Virus record (IMG/VR): IMGVR_UViG_2909288124_000001
Reading direction: 5' to 3' (one strand)
Length of the DNA stretch: 42,470 bases
Source of the DNA: a virus
Lineage: Duplodnaviria; Heunggongvirae; Uroviricota; Caudoviricetes
Made by a program: the position numbers and the translations under genes. Positions 18,082 to 27,884 of the stretch are shown one piece after another. Position 1 is the stretch's first letter; the number at the start of each line of letters is the position of its first letter. The notes beneath the pieces were generated by a model, which was not told the DNA's origin, searched no databases, and was given only the letters and a program-made list of their open reading frames with translations.

Positions 18082-19035
18082 TTATTTACTGATACCGGTA
18101 ATGAGATACCCGGCATCGCCACCAACCACGGCGACTTTGTAGATATCGGTATAACGGCAGTACTTCACCTTGCCACCGGCTCCGTCGTATTTGTCGGCAA
18201 CAGGCATCCCCTTACGACGCAGGGTGTAGCCGAAGGACGGCTCGTTCTCGTCCGCGCTGTCCGCCCCCGGCTGCGGTTTGCCGACATAGTGCAGCATCAG
18301 ATTGTCTCCCCAGATATCCGCCGGCACGCTGTTCTTATCCATTGCCGCTTTCATGGACGGCAGGGAGACTGGGGCACCGATGACGATCTCTTCGATCTGA
18401 AAGAGGTCCTGCAGGATTTCTGTGGTGATGCGCTTGCGTTCGTTGGCTCCGATGGCGGCCTGAATCGCCGGGTGGAACTTCAGCAGCGCCATCACGCCGG
18501 CCCCCATGGTCATCAGGTTAGGACGCAGCCCCGTGGCCGTACGGACCGCTTCCATACCGGCTTCAATCACCCCGATGGGGTCCCCCTTACCACCGGCCCA
18601 GCGATCACTGGCTGTCAGTTTTTTGACGTGCCCGGTACGGTAGACCTTTTCATCCTGAGCCAGACGGGCAGCGATAAGTTCACGGCGCAGGTTCACGCCA
18701 TTCGTGGCGCGACGGATGGCCTTGCTCTCTTCGTTAAACATGGACTCCGCCTGCTCGCGATAGTCCACCGGCGCAGCCAGATCGTGTTCACCCAGCACCA
18801 GGTCCAGCGTGCCTGTTTTTTCACGGACCAGAACATTGCTGTCCGCCCCGACGGCACGCTCGGTGTCATATTCCACAAAGGCGGTTTTCCCGAAGGTCGG
18901 TACACGCACGCCTTCCTTGTCCGTCAGCACGACGGGGAAAATACGTTCGCCGATGAATGCGGCATTTTTATAGCCACGGGCGATACTGGTCAGTACCGGA
19001 TCAACGACACGTTTACCTTTTAAGTAATCAGACAT
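18082..19035 (-). CDS. Major capsid protein (Mu gpT-like)
   Basis: 317 aa, follows the protease/scaffold gene; size and position match Mu T. Confidence 0.8.
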   Translation of the reverse strand: MSDYLKGKRVVDPVLTSIARGYKNAAFIGERIFPVVLTDKEGVRVPTFGKTAFVEYDTERAVGADSNVLVREKTGTLDLVLGEHDLAAPVDYREQAESMFNEESKAIRRATNGVNLRRELIAARLAQDEKVYRTGHVKKLTASDRWAGGKGDPIGVIEAGMEAVRTATGLRPNLMTMGAGVMALLKFHPAIQAAIGANERKRITTEILQDLFQIEEIVIGAPVSLPSMKAAMDKNSVPADIWGDNLMLHYVGKPQPGADSADENEPSFGYTLRRKGMPVADKYDGAGGKVKYCRYTDIYKVAVVGGDAGYLITGISK

Positions 19036-19049
19036 GCTCTCTCCTTAAA

Positions 19050-20165
19050 TTACAGGCAGCGTGCGACAGCAGCCTCATAGCTGATGCCTTCTTTTTTGGA
19101 CAGGGCCACTGCTTTCTGATGCAGGGCCAGACGCTCAGGATCGGCTTCCGCAAACTCTGCCACATCCACCTTCACCGTGTCGCCGACACGCTCTTTTGTG
19201 GCCTGTTCGGCGAAATTCATCACCGGCTCCCCGTCGGAGAGCAATGAACGAAAGGCGGTGGCCAGCGGTGTGCGGCTTTCCCCCTCAGCAAACTCCACCG
19301 GCTTGTCGCCACCGGCGACGGCATCCAGCAGGGCAACCACCACGGAGGAGGCGCGGGGAGCCAGACGGCCCTCTGCGACCAGTTTTTCTGCAAAGGCCAC
19401 ATTGTCCTTATGCAGTTGCTCCTGTCTGACCTGTGCATCACGCGCATCGCGATCAGCAGCCTGCTGCTTCAGGCGGCGGTTCTCCTCCTGAAGGGCTTCA
19501 ATCTCTTCTTTTGTCATCGATGATTCCTCGTTACTTGCGGAAGACGGCCCCGGGCCTGTCTCACTGAATTGTGCACCTGCTGCATCCTGCGACAGTGTGT
19601 CGCGGTACGCCTCTTCGCGCAGACTGTTGAGCTGCCATTCCGGCAGGACTTTTTCTGCCTCGTCCAGACTGAAGCGGGCGATCAGAAAATCGCGCAGCTT
19701 TCCCCACAGGGAGGCATTCGTGATGGCCTGCCAGTCGGCGAACTCCACCACACCTTCTTCCTGCTCACTGAAGGACACCTGTTTCAGCCCCTTGACGGAA
19801 GGTGGCTGTGCCCCGAGAAAGCCCACATGGCGAAGGTAGAGCACGCCGGGCTTCGGATTGGACGGTGAATCCGGGAGGTAGAAAGAGGCGGACACTTTTT
19901 TGAATCGTCCGTCGGTGACCATCTCAGCAAACTGCGGGTCCAGCTGGGCAGGCTCTGCCATCAGATCGACGCCGCTGAGCGACAGGGCTTTCACCCAGCC
20001 CCACGCCGGGTCTTCCGTTCTGGGATGACCAATCACGAGTGGTGCTTCATGGACGGACGGGTCATAGGCTTTCACGCAGGCGGCAAGATCGTCTGGCGTG
20101 AACGGCAGTTTTTTGCCGTGCATATCGGTATGAGTACCGGCTTTAAAAATGTGAATGGCTGACAT
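19050..20165 (-). CDS. Head maturation protease/scaffold (Mu gpI-like)
   Basis: 371 aa with acidic, coiled-coil C-terminal half (...EEIEALQEENRRLKQQAADRDARDAQ...) typical of protease-scaffold fusions. Confidence 0.8.
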   Translation of the reverse strand: MSAIHIFKAGTHTDMHGKKLPFTPDDLAACVKAYDPSVHEAPLVIGHPRTEDPAWGWVKALSLSGVDLMAEPAQLDPQFAEMVTDGRFKKVSASFYLPDSPSNPKPGVLYLRHVGFLGAQPPSVKGLKQVSFSEQEEGVVEFADWQAITNASLWGKLRDFLIARFSLDEAEKVLPEWQLNSLREEAYRDTLSQDAAGAQFSETGPGPSSASNEESSMTKEEIEALQEENRRLKQQAADRDARDAQVRQEQLHKDNVAFAEKLVAEGRLAPRASSVVVALLDAVAGGDKPVEFAEGESRTPLATAFRSLLSDGEPVMNFAEQATKERVGDTVKVDVAEFAEADPERLALHQKAVALSKKEGISYEAAVARCL

Positions 20166-20379
20166 TTTGCTGTCCCGCGTTATGTTGTCGGAGACAGTTT
20201 GTGAGAAATGCAGGCCCGGCGATTTTAATCTGCTTTAGAAAACATCAGGGGAGAAGGACAGGGAAAGCAATGCGGTGAACCGGAGGCGGTTATAAAACAG
20301 AGGCTGTAAAGCCTTTATAAAGGTAATACAGCCCCTCATTCGCTGGCAATGATAAATCACCCGCCTGAAGAGAGAAAAC

Positions 20380-20838
20380 TCAGCGACGGGCCGCTGATTC
20401 AAGATGGCGGACAATGGTATCGAGGATGGGGATTACCACTTCAGGCTGTAGTTCTCCATCCCCCGTCACCGGCAGGAACGGGCGGGCCGGAAGTTCAACA
20501 GACTCATTACGCCCCGTTTTACCCCCGAACTGGTGAATGGCACCGTAAACAACGTTGGTCCCCACAACAGCCTGCCGGTCGTCATGGTCGGTTGATACTG
20601 ACCCCATCAGACGCCCGGTATCCTGCAGTGTCTGCCCGTCACGTTCTTCCGCTGCCAGCGAGGGCATCCACCCCGGACGCCCCTCATCAAGAAAGTTAAA
20701 CTGTGTTTCCGCCAGCAGGGTTCCGGCGATTTTGCGCATCGCGGGCTCCAGGTCTGTGGCAGCAAGATCCAGCGCACGGAGGCTCCGGCGCAGGGACTTA
20801 TCGTTAATGGTGATACTGACCAGGTTATCGGAAGCCAT
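20380..20838 (-). CDS. Virion morphogenesis protein (Mu gpG-like)
   Basis: 152 aa directly downstream of F-like gene. Confidence 0.65.
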   Translation of the reverse strand: MASDNLVSITINDKSLRRSLRALDLAATDLEPAMRKIAGTLLAETQFNFLDEGRPGWMPSLAAEERDGQTLQDTGRLMGSVSTDHDDRQAVVGTNVVYGAIHQFGGKTGRNESVELPARPFLPVTGDGELQPEVVIPILDTIVRHLESAARR

Positions 20839-20840
20839 TG

Positions 20841-21662
20841 TTATCCTCTCAGTTCCTGTTGTGCCAGTGGCTGAAGCGTACCCTGATAGCGGGCCAGGTC
20901 GGGACGGTATGCTGCCCCCGGTGCATAAGACCAGCCGACGTCGGTGGTCACCTTCGTGGTGCCGGTATTAAAGGTGGCCACGTTCCGCATTTCGCCGGTT
21001 TTCTCTGAGACCAGTTTCAGTTCCTGGCCCATGGCAGAGCCGGAGCTGATAACCTTCAGGCCACGGGCACGGACATCCGCCGCACTCAGGGCAATCACAC
21101 TACAGCGGCAGCGCCAGCCGTTCGGCGGGTAAAATGCCTGCCAGAACGGGTCATCCCAGCGCAGCACCAGACCATGCAGCGCCAGATGGCTCCTGCGGGT
21201 ATGGCTGTCGTTGATGCCGGTATACATCCAGTACGGCCTGTCGTCGACGTTTTCCATCTGTTCCGCCCAACGACCGGCGCTGTAGAGTACGGACATATTG
21301 GTGCGAAAGATGGTATCGAGCCGCCACGGACTGCCCTGCTGAATGGTGACCGGCTCACCCGTTACCGGGTCAGTCGTGTCACGTGGTCCCCACCATCCCT
21401 TACGCTTCAGCACCGGCTCCAGCTCCTGCCGGAACCAGCGATCGGTTTTTCCTTCATCGACAGCCTGCTGCAGTGCCCCGCGAATATCTTCCAGGATATC
21501 CAGGCGGGTCACTTTAGCAACGGTAAAGGCGCGGGCATGGGCCTCCTGCCACATTTCTTCCCAGTCCCAGGTAATCTGATACCCTTTGGACTTCAGGTAA
21601 CTGACTGCCCGCTTCGGGGGAAGCGTCATGCAGTACGCCAGTTCAGCCGTTGTCACGCTCAT
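20841..21662 (-). CDS. Head morphogenesis protein, Mu F-like (minor head protein)
   Basis: Conserved portal-adjacent position; likely ATG start at 21662 (MSVTTAELAY...) rather than the TTG at 21689. Confidence 0.75.
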   Translation of the reverse strand: MSVTTAELAYCMTLPPKRAVSYLKSKGYQITWDWEEMWQEAHARAFTVAKVTRLDILEDIRGALQQAVDEGKTDRWFRQELEPVLKRKGWWGPRDTTDPVTGEPVTIQQGSPWRLDTIFRTNMSVLYSAGRWAEQMENVDDRPYWMYTGINDSHTRRSHLALHGLVLRWDDPFWQAFYPPNGWRCRCSVIALSAADVRARGLKVISSGSAMGQELKLVSEKTGEMRNVATFNTGTTKVTTDVGWSYAPGAAYRPDLARYQGTLQPLAQQELRG

Positions 21663-23139
21663 GCAGACGTCCCCGGATATTTGCCACAAAGAGAATACGG
21701 GCCAGCCGTTCCTGCAGATCGTCCGTGTTCATCTGAGGGTAGAGCTCCGCCAGTTCGCCCAGCAGCTCAGTCGGGTTAACCCCGTTTTCGACCCGCTTAA
21801 ACAGAGGTGCCAGGACGGGTTCCAGCGTGCCATTTAACACACCTCCGTTCATCAGAATGTCCAGCGCGTCGTCAAGCTGCTGCTGAGCCTGAATATCGGC
21901 ATCAATCGCCTCGGCAAATGACAGCGGCAGCATGTTATTCTGGCGTTCCGACGGTGATGTCTCGTCAATATCGCCGTCCTGCAGTTGGTACTCACGCTTA
22001 AAGTATTGCGGGGTCAGACGCAGACCCGCCCGGGTGAGTTTTTCGTCGCGGGTGGCGCGGGTGTCATCAATGGTCTCCTGTTCCCACATGGCCCAGACCG
22101 GACACGGCACATCGCCGAAGTTCAGGGTGACCACCGTTCTGATAACCTGATTCACTGCTGCCTGAATGATGTCCGCATCCGCATCGCGGATATCAGCCGT
22201 TACCTCCAGCCCGGCCTGTGCAGAGGCCTTGTTACTGTTCGCTTCCGTGGTCTGATTCTGACCAAGTAATGCAATGGAGATCTCACTGCGTGACAGTGTG
22301 ATCAGCTCGCGGAATACCTCGCTGCTGTCCGCCTTACCATCCGCGGCTTTGAGTTCGATGCTGCTGTCATCGGGGATGGTGGCCACCGCGTCCTCCACCA
22401 TCTGCTCCATGGAGTCCAGCAGTTTTTCAATCTCTGCATCATTTGCACCCCTCGGGTGCTTACCGATCACCCACGGGGAGCCAAACTTTTCGGCAAAGCG
22501 GAGCCAGAATTTCATCCCGCCTTTCTTGAAGGCGACCGGCCAGAAGCACATGGACAGGTCCGGGAAACCGTAAGGATTGTCATACGAGGCATCCTGTGCC
22601 GGCACCACGAATTTTGACGGTGACAGCAGCTCACCCTCCACACCCGCATCACGCGCCCGGAAGCGCAGGCAGTTGTCCGTATCAAACTGAAACCACTCAG
22701 GCGGTTTGCCGACAATATCCGTCACTGCCCACGCCCTGACCGAACGGCCCCACATGATTTCACAGGGCTGATACCCGTAGAGCACGGCATCACTCATCTC
22801 ACCGATGATGCGGGACAGATCCAGATCGTCGAGCATGTCGCGGATGAAACGGAAGACCCGGGCAGAAGCGTGACCGCGCTCCAGTCCACGCTCCAGTGAT
22901 TTGAGCGCTGCTTTACGTCTGCGGATACAGCCCCCAACCAGCGGGTCGGTGCGCAGTTCGCGGTAGATACGGATATCCCGTCCCTGAGCCTTGAGAATGG
23001 GATCAGGATTGGGCAGATACATGCCCAGTCCGTAAAAGTCGATCGCGCGGCTGCGGGAGGCAATCTGCGCGGTCAGTGATTTCTGAGGCTCAGAAAAAGC
23101 AACAAATTCATCGGGTGAAACCCAGATACCCCTCGCCAT
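21643..23139 (-). CDS. Portal protein (Mu gp29-like)
   Basis: 498 aa, immediately downstream of terminase large subunit. Confidence 0.85.
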   Translation of the reverse strand: MARGIWVSPDEFVAFSEPQKSLTAQIASRSRAIDFYGLGMYLPNPDPILKAQGRDIRIYRELRTDPLVGGCIRRRKAALKSLERGLERGHASARVFRFIRDMLDDLDLSRIIGEMSDAVLYGYQPCEIMWGRSVRAWAVTDIVGKPPEWFQFDTDNCLRFRARDAGVEGELLSPSKFVVPAQDASYDNPYGFPDLSMCFWPVAFKKGGMKFWLRFAEKFGSPWVIGKHPRGANDAEIEKLLDSMEQMVEDAVATIPDDSSIELKAADGKADSSEVFRELITLSRSEISIALLGQNQTTEANSNKASAQAGLEVTADIRDADADIIQAAVNQVIRTVVTLNFGDVPCPVWAMWEQETIDDTRATRDEKLTRAGLRLTPQYFKREYQLQDGDIDETSPSERQNNMLPLSFAEAIDADIQAQQQLDDALDILMNGGVLNGTLEPVLAPLFKRVENGVNPTELLGELAELYPQMNTDDLQERLARILFVANIRGRLHERDNG

Positions 23140-24734
23140 CAGAATCCCTCCAGCATACGGGCCGCCTGACGACGACGGCGTGAGCTTGCCTTCACCGGCC
23201 CTTTGTTAATTTCACGGCTGGCGAAATACGCCAGCGCCAGTGCGATGGCTGAATCCCCGTGGCGTTTACCACCGTCAGCCTTTGCTTTTGAGCGTTGCTC
23301 CGGTACGCGGGGGACACCGTTCACCACCTGAACGGCCCGCAGGTCATCCAGTGTGTCTTCATCCTTTGGTAAGTCCACCAGGTTACCGTCTTCCAGTGCA
23401 GCTTTGACCGGAGGCATATGCTCCCGGTACCAGCCTTCGGTTGGCATCACCTGCTGAACCCGGCCGGAGCCGTAGCGCTGCATGGCGTATTCAGCCAGAT
23501 AGGCACCATTACCACGGGCATCAAACGCTGCACCCAGCAGACCGGGCAGGCCATCCATCAGATACCAGGTGATTTGCTCCTGCTGTCTGAACGGCACGTT
23601 ACGCAGCTCCAGTACGAATGGCACGCGTCGTACCAGGTTCTTCTCCTGCAGCAGGGGATAGTCCACCGACAAATCACCGCTACGGCCAAAGTCGCGCCCC
23701 AGGAAAGAGCGGGCATCAGTGGGGAGTGCCTCCAGCAAGGGTTTCAGATACTCATCAAGCCAGTCCTGCGTCTCGCGGAAGCGAACCTCATCAGACAGCA
23801 GTTCATAACCTTCCTTGCAGGTCAGACGCAATACCGGCGTATCAGCGGACATGCGGGACTCTATCAGGGCACGGGACAGCCAGGCACCGCCACCGTTGGC
23901 CGGAATACAGTCAAGCTCTTCGGATGCGCCGGCACCGTAGAATTTGTACACCGATGCCATCCAGGCCTGCTCGGATGCCTCCGACCATTCCTTCCCGGTG
24001 CGCAGACAGACGCGCCGGAACAGCCCCTCAGATACGGCTTCCCGGAAAGTGATGCGATGTATGCTGCCTCCCTGACGTCCGGCACGGATATCCCCGATAA
24101 GCGTATTGAACGGATTGTCGTCACCGTCATGGGTGGAGATAACGCGTACCTTTCCCCCCCAGATAAGCATCGCCAGCGCCGCTTTCAGCAGTTCGTCCAG
24201 TTGCTCATGGAACGCCGCTTCGTCGATAACAATAATACCCTGACGGCCACGCAGGTTAGACGGGCGGCTGGAGAGCGCAACAATACGAAAGCCGGAGTCA
24301 GGAAATTTGATGGTGTAAGTCCTGATGTGTTTGTCGTCGTCGTCCTCTTCCCAGAATCCTTCTTCAATTTCACTGGCCGCATAGTTGAATGCCCGTGCCC
24401 ACATCGCACACGCCTGAATGTATTCGACGGTCATGTCCTGGTTATAAGCGATGTAATACACATTCATCCCGCCTGCTGGCGCAGAAGAGGCGGCGGTCAG
24501 TACGTTATCGGATGCCTCAGCCCATGTAATACCGGTACGACGGCTCTTTTCTATCACCTTAAGCGGAGAGGTGTCTGCCACCCAGCGCTGCTGGTAAGGC
24601 AACAGAACGGGAGGAGCATCCAGCGCCGAGGTATCAGGCAAAACGGGAGCAAGGTTATTCCTCCCGTCCATGGGACTCATCCCTTCGGGGCCACCGCCAG
24701 CGGCGTTTAAAATCACTCCGGATGATTTTGTCAT
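23139..24734 (-). CDS. Terminase large subunit (Mu gp28-like)
   Basis: 531 aa; acidic stretch ...VIDEAAFHEQ...; preceded by small-terminase-like gene. Confidence 0.85.
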   Translation of the reverse strand: MTKSSGVILNAAGGGPEGMSPMDGRNNLAPVLPDTSALDAPPVLLPYQQRWVADTSPLKVIEKSRRTGITWAEASDNVLTAASSAPAGGMNVYYIAYNQDMTVEYIQACAMWARAFNYAASEIEEGFWEEDDDDKHIRTYTIKFPDSGFRIVALSSRPSNLRGRQGIIVIDEAAFHEQLDELLKAALAMLIWGGKVRVISTHDGDDNPFNTLIGDIRAGRQGGSIHRITFREAVSEGLFRRVCLRTGKEWSEASEQAWMASVYKFYGAGASEELDCIPANGGGAWLSRALIESRMSADTPVLRLTCKEGYELLSDEVRFRETQDWLDEYLKPLLEALPTDARSFLGRDFGRSGDLSVDYPLLQEKNLVRRVPFVLELRNVPFRQQEQITWYLMDGLPGLLGAAFDARGNGAYLAEYAMQRYGSGRVQQVMPTEGWYREHMPPVKAALEDGNLVDLPKDEDTLDDLRAVQVVNGVPRVPEQRSKAKADGGKRHGDSAIALALAYFASREINKGPVKASSRRRRQAARMLEGF

Positions 24735-25276
24735 GTGGCAATCCCCAGAATCTCGCGACGAAGCGCCTGTACTGCGTCGCTTGACAGTCCCCCCTTACGG
24801 GCAATTTTCTCGGCGTTGCTGGCTGCCTGCTGCGCTCTGGCCCGTACTTCAGACTGGAACTTTTTGAGGTTGACGGACGCGCGGGACAGCGTAGCCACAT
24901 TCTTCGCCACCTTCGACAGCAGGGCCACGCGTTCTTTAGGATCGACTTCGCCTTCTTCCGCCTCCTGCAACTGGACAATACTCTCGAACAGCTCGGTCTG
25001 AATAAGGGCTATCACAGCCTCCGAACGCGCATCCTGATCGTCTGCTGCGCCTTCGGTCAGCATGCGGGCCGCTTCTGTTGCCGCACGGATAGCACCATAG
25101 CGGCGCTCAATCTTCTGTCCATAGCGATGGATAGCGGATTTGCTGATGACGTACCCCCGCTCACGCAGCAGGGACTCCAGCTCGTTATACCCGCTGAAGC
25201 CGGATTCAGTCAGCGCCCGTTCAAGCCAGCGGCGCACATCTTCCGGCAGCTTTTCTATTGTGCTGCGTCTGGCCAT
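24731..25276 (-). CDS. Terminase small subunit-like DNA-binding protein (Mu gp27-like)
   Basis: 181 aa with N-terminal HTH-like region, overlapping start of the large terminase gene. Confidence 0.6.
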   Translation of the reverse strand: MARRSTIEKLPEDVRRWLERALTESGFSGYNELESLLRERGYVISKSAIHRYGQKIERRYGAIRAATEAARMLTEGAADDQDARSEAVIALIQTELFESIVQLQEAEEGEVDPKERVALLSKVAKNVATLSRASVNLKKFQSEVRARAQQAASNAEKIARKGGLSSDAVQALRREILGIAT

Positions 25277-25587
25277 TATTCACTCCAGTACTTTTCCGGG
25301 CGGGCAATACCCGGACCACATTCCACGGTGTATTCCACCAGGTCTACGCCGAGGCGGGTCAGGTCAGCAAACCAGTCGCCAGAAGGTTTTTTCTCCAGAT
25401 CAACCATTTTACGGTCAGCCAGATAATCCAGTTCGCGGCGCAGTTCCAGCGGTGTGGTGTCCGGGTAGATGGCACGGGACACATCCAGCAGCAGCGTCTC
25501 GCTGGCGGTGTAAGGGCGGGTCTTGTTCAGGGCAACCAGCAGACTCCAGCGCAGGGATTCGCGGCGTACCCGGGTAATATCGACCAT
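25276..25587 (-). CDS. Hypothetical protein (Mu gp26-like position)
   Basis: 103 aa ORF between lysis cassette and terminase genes. Confidence 0.45.
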   Translation of the reverse strand: MVDITRVRRESLRWSLLVALNKTRPYTASETLLLDVSRAIYPDTTPLELRRELDYLADRKMVDLEKKPSGDWFADLTRLGVDLVEYTVECGPGIARPEKYWSE

Positions 25588-25913
25588 TATTGACCTCCGG
25601 TATTGCGGTACTGCTGTACCACTTCCAGTTTGTTATAAAGCGCGTCCAGTTTGGCCTCAATGACTGTCTGGCCACGGATATAATCCTCTCGACGGACATA
25701 ATTCAGCGGTAAATCCGCTTTAAATCGCATAAATTCTTTTTCCAGCTCGCCCCAGTTGGAGGCGGATTGTTGCAGGGCCTGTTCAAGGGAGGCGAATCGT
25801 GCCGCCTGGCGTTCTTCTGTTTTACTGAACAACCATTTGGCGAGCCCTCCCACAAACCCCATGAAGGTGAGCAGAAAACTCACCACCGTCCAGAATTCAA
25901 CCTGCAGTGTCAT
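25587..25913 (-). CDS. Small membrane protein with coiled-coil tail (Mu gp25-like; lysis-associated?)
   Basis: 108 aa; N-terminal TM segment FWTVVSFLLTFMGFVGGLAKWLF. Confidence 0.45.
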   Translation of the reverse strand: MTLQVEFWTVVSFLLTFMGFVGGLAKWLFSKTEERQAARFASLEQALQQSASNWGELEKEFMRFKADLPLNYVRREDYIRGQTVIEAKLDALYNKLEVVQQYRNTGGQ

Positions 25914-26560
25914 TTCTGTAATCCTTCCCGTTCATCCAGTAACGCGTTTATCTGGTTCCGCCAGCGACGACATTGTCCTGCGTTGTCGATGATGTTGGCG
26001 AGAACGTCACGCTGGGAGACACCCGAATCGCGTAACCGGGTGTCAGTGGTTTCAGGTTGCCCGGTCGCTGTGCCAGAGCGGGTGCCAGCGGCGGCAACTG
26101 AGTCTGAATGACCGGTGTCGACGGATGCGTTGTCATATCCGAGTGCGGCGTTGTACTGGCGCACGAAACCGCGAGTAAACACGCACTCAATGGGATGGCT
26201 CTTACCTTTTTCATCAATCCAGCGCTGTGTGACATCGTTAATTTGCCCCTGTAGTTGTTTATTCCGGCTCTCCAGTTGAGCAATCTGCTCAAGATAACCG
26301 GCTTCAGCCCGCTGCCCGGCGGCCACCTGCTCCTGATACCGTCTGGCCCAGGCCCGCAGCGCAGCATTCTCAAGCGTTGCCTGCTCCGTTTTGTACGCGT
26401 CAAATGCTGACTGCAACTGACTGAGCGCGGTATCACCGTCACGCTTTGCAGAGTCATGACCACTTCTGTATCCCATGGCATACAGGCCGACCAGAAAGGC
26501 ATTGATAAGAATGGCCAGCAGAATGCCGCGCCACGGCAGCTTTTTAACCAGATGCCACAC
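25910..26560 (-). CDS. i-spanin (Rz-like inner-membrane spanin)
   Basis: Likely GTG start at 26560 with GGAGG RBS; N-terminal TM (WRGILLAILINAFLVGLYAM) then long coiled coil; contains embedded +1-frame lipoprotein ORF. Confidence 0.65.
   Translation of the reverse strand: MWHLVKKLPWRGILLAILINAFLVGLYAMGYRSGHDSAKRDGDTALSQLQSAFDAYKTEQATLENAALRAWARRYQEQVAAGQRAEAGYLEQIAQLESRNKQLQGQINDVTQRWIDEKGKSHPIECVFTRGFVRQYNAALGYDNASVDTGHSDSVAAAGTRSGTATGQPETTDTRLRDSGVSQRDVLANIIDNAGQCRRWRNQINALLDEREGLQK
25948..26214 (-). CDS. o-spanin (Rz1-like outer-membrane lipoprotein) embedded in the i-spanin gene
   Basis: ATG at 26214; MKKVRAIPLSACLLAVSCASTTP... signal peptide with lipobox-like Cys, Pro-rich mature region (PPLAPALAQRPGNLKPLTPG). 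Confidence 0.6.
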   Translation of the reverse strand: MKKVRAIPLSACLLAVSCASTTPHSDMTTHPSTPVIQTQLPPLAPALAQRPGNLKPLTPGYAIRVSPSVTFSPTSSTTQDNVVAGGTR

Positions 26561-27284
26561 AACTGCTGCCTCCCCATGTGAGATATCGCGGTGCCAGTTC
26601 GCGCAGGATGCGCTGCGGATAATGGCGGTTCTCCCGCCAGCTGGCCGCATTGCGTCCGGCATTCACCGTGGCGACATGTCCGAACCAGCGGGTGCTGTCC
26701 AGACCTTTCTGTGATGCAAGCCGCCTGTCCCGTTGTACCCAGCCCAGACCACCGTTATAGCCCGACAGTGTCATGGCCATACGCTCGCAGTCACTGGCGG
26801 CGCTGACACGCTGCCACAGCCAGCGGTCATAGCTGACCAGCGCCCGGATAGCCCATGCCGGATTAAACGGCTCACGACTGCTCAGCATCGGTATCAACTG
26901 GCTTATCCAGTCGGCAGTGGCAGGCATGAACTGCGCCAGTCCCTGAGCGCCAGCCGGCGAGATCGCATCAGGTCGCCAGCCGCTTTCCTGATGCAGTTGC
27001 GCGGCGAAATCGGCCACCGGCGCAGACAGTCCCCATTCAAGCCGGGCATTACGGATCACATCATCGCGATACTGCAGCGCAGCCTGCGGAGGTTGTGCTG
27101 CGCATGCCTGGCTAAAAAAGCCGCCACACCAGAGCAACATTGCGACAAAGAATACCCATGCCATATGAACCAGAAAGGTCCCGGCGCGGACTGACAGGCG
27201 TTCGGTTCTGATGAAGACCCGAAAGGCTTCGAAAGCCAGTTTCAGGGACATGCATACAATCCAGGTGATCTGCGGCCAGTTCAT
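26544..27284 (-). CDS. Endolysin, lytic transglycosylase (SLT domain) with N-terminal signal-anchor-like segment
   Basis: Motif LHQESGWRPDAISPAGAQGLAQFMPATA (catalytic Glu-Ser plus GLxQ); hydrophobic MAWVFFVAMLLWCGGFFSQA before the catalytic domain; start codon coupled to holin stop (TAATCATG). Confidence 0.8.
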   Translation of the reverse strand: MNWPQITWIVCMSLKLAFEAFRVFIRTERLSVRAGTFLVHMAWVFFVAMLLWCGGFFSQACAAQPPQAALQYRDDVIRNARLEWGLSAPVADFAAQLHQESGWRPDAISPAGAQGLAQFMPATADWISQLIPMLSSREPFNPAWAIRALVSYDRWLWQRVSAASDCERMAMTLSGYNGGLGWVQRDRRLASQKGLDSTRWFGHVATVNAGRNAASWRENRHYPQRILRELAPRYLTWGGSSCVASG

Positions 27285-27286
27285 GA

Positions 27287-27637
27287 TTAAAGCCCCATCG
27301 CAACAGCCAGGCAGACCGCTGCAACAATCAGTGCACGGCGGATTAACGCAGCAGAAAACACCAGGTGAAGGCCGGTCTGTACCGGGAAACGCCCTTCAGC
27401 CATCAGCCTGTCGTCATGTTTCAGGTACTGACCGGGACGGGCTTTGGGGAAGAGCGAACGGTCAAGCCAGTAACCCAGCACTGCTGCCAGCGTGATGAGT
27501 GCCAGCTTGTAGATCACAACAGGCAGCTGCTGTGGTGAGACCAGAGCGATGGTGCCCAGCAACAGCACTGAGGTCAGCAGCCAGCCGCTGAGGCGAGGTT
27601 TTTTAACAGGGGGAATGAATTTTTTCAGGTTTTTCAT
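27287..27637 (-). CDS. Holin-like membrane protein
   Basis: ATG at 27637 with GAGGAG RBS; about 116 aa with 2-3 hydrophobic segments; first gene of lysis cassette. Confidence 0.5.
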   Translation of the reverse strand: MKNLKKFIPPVKKPRLSGWLLTSVLLLGTIALVSPQQLPVVIYKLALITLAAVLGYWLDRSLFPKARPGQYLKHDDRLMAEGRFPVQTGLHLVFSAALIRRALIVAAVCLAVAMGL

Positions 27638-27751
27638 GTGTGTCTCCTCGTTTGGTGGAGACAGCATCACAAATGTGGCGGGATACGGATTTTAAACAGC
27701 GTTAATAGTGAAGATGTAAACGTGCACTGCATGATGACTTTGAAAGAACGA

Positions 27752-27779
27752 CCAGCCCGGTACCCGAACACCGGGCTGG
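27752..27779 (-). terminator. GC-rich stem-loop (10-bp perfect stem CCAGCCCGGT/ACCGGGCTGG), putative minus-strand intrinsic terminator insulating the late lysis operon
   Basis: Perfect inverted repeat with 8-nt loop; on the minus strand followed by UCGUUCUUUC; lies between dam (plus) and holin (minus). Confidence 0.3.
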
Positions 27780-27884
27780 CCATCGCCCCACAGGAATGCG
27801 CTGTGAGCCGACCGAGGTTCAGTCAGTCTCGCGAGACCAGACTAGCCTGCCATATTTTTTATAATTGTAAAAGGCTTACAGATT

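Noticed and set aside
18289-19023. 244-aa plus-strand ORF antisense to the major capsid gene
   Set aside because: Same reasoning; low-complexity Gly/Arg/His-rich translation typical of antisense frames.
23418-24710. 430-aa plus-strand ORF antisense to the terminase large subunit gene
   Set aside because: Antisense to a conserved terminase CDS; Arg/Gly-rich composition typical of a non-coding frame.
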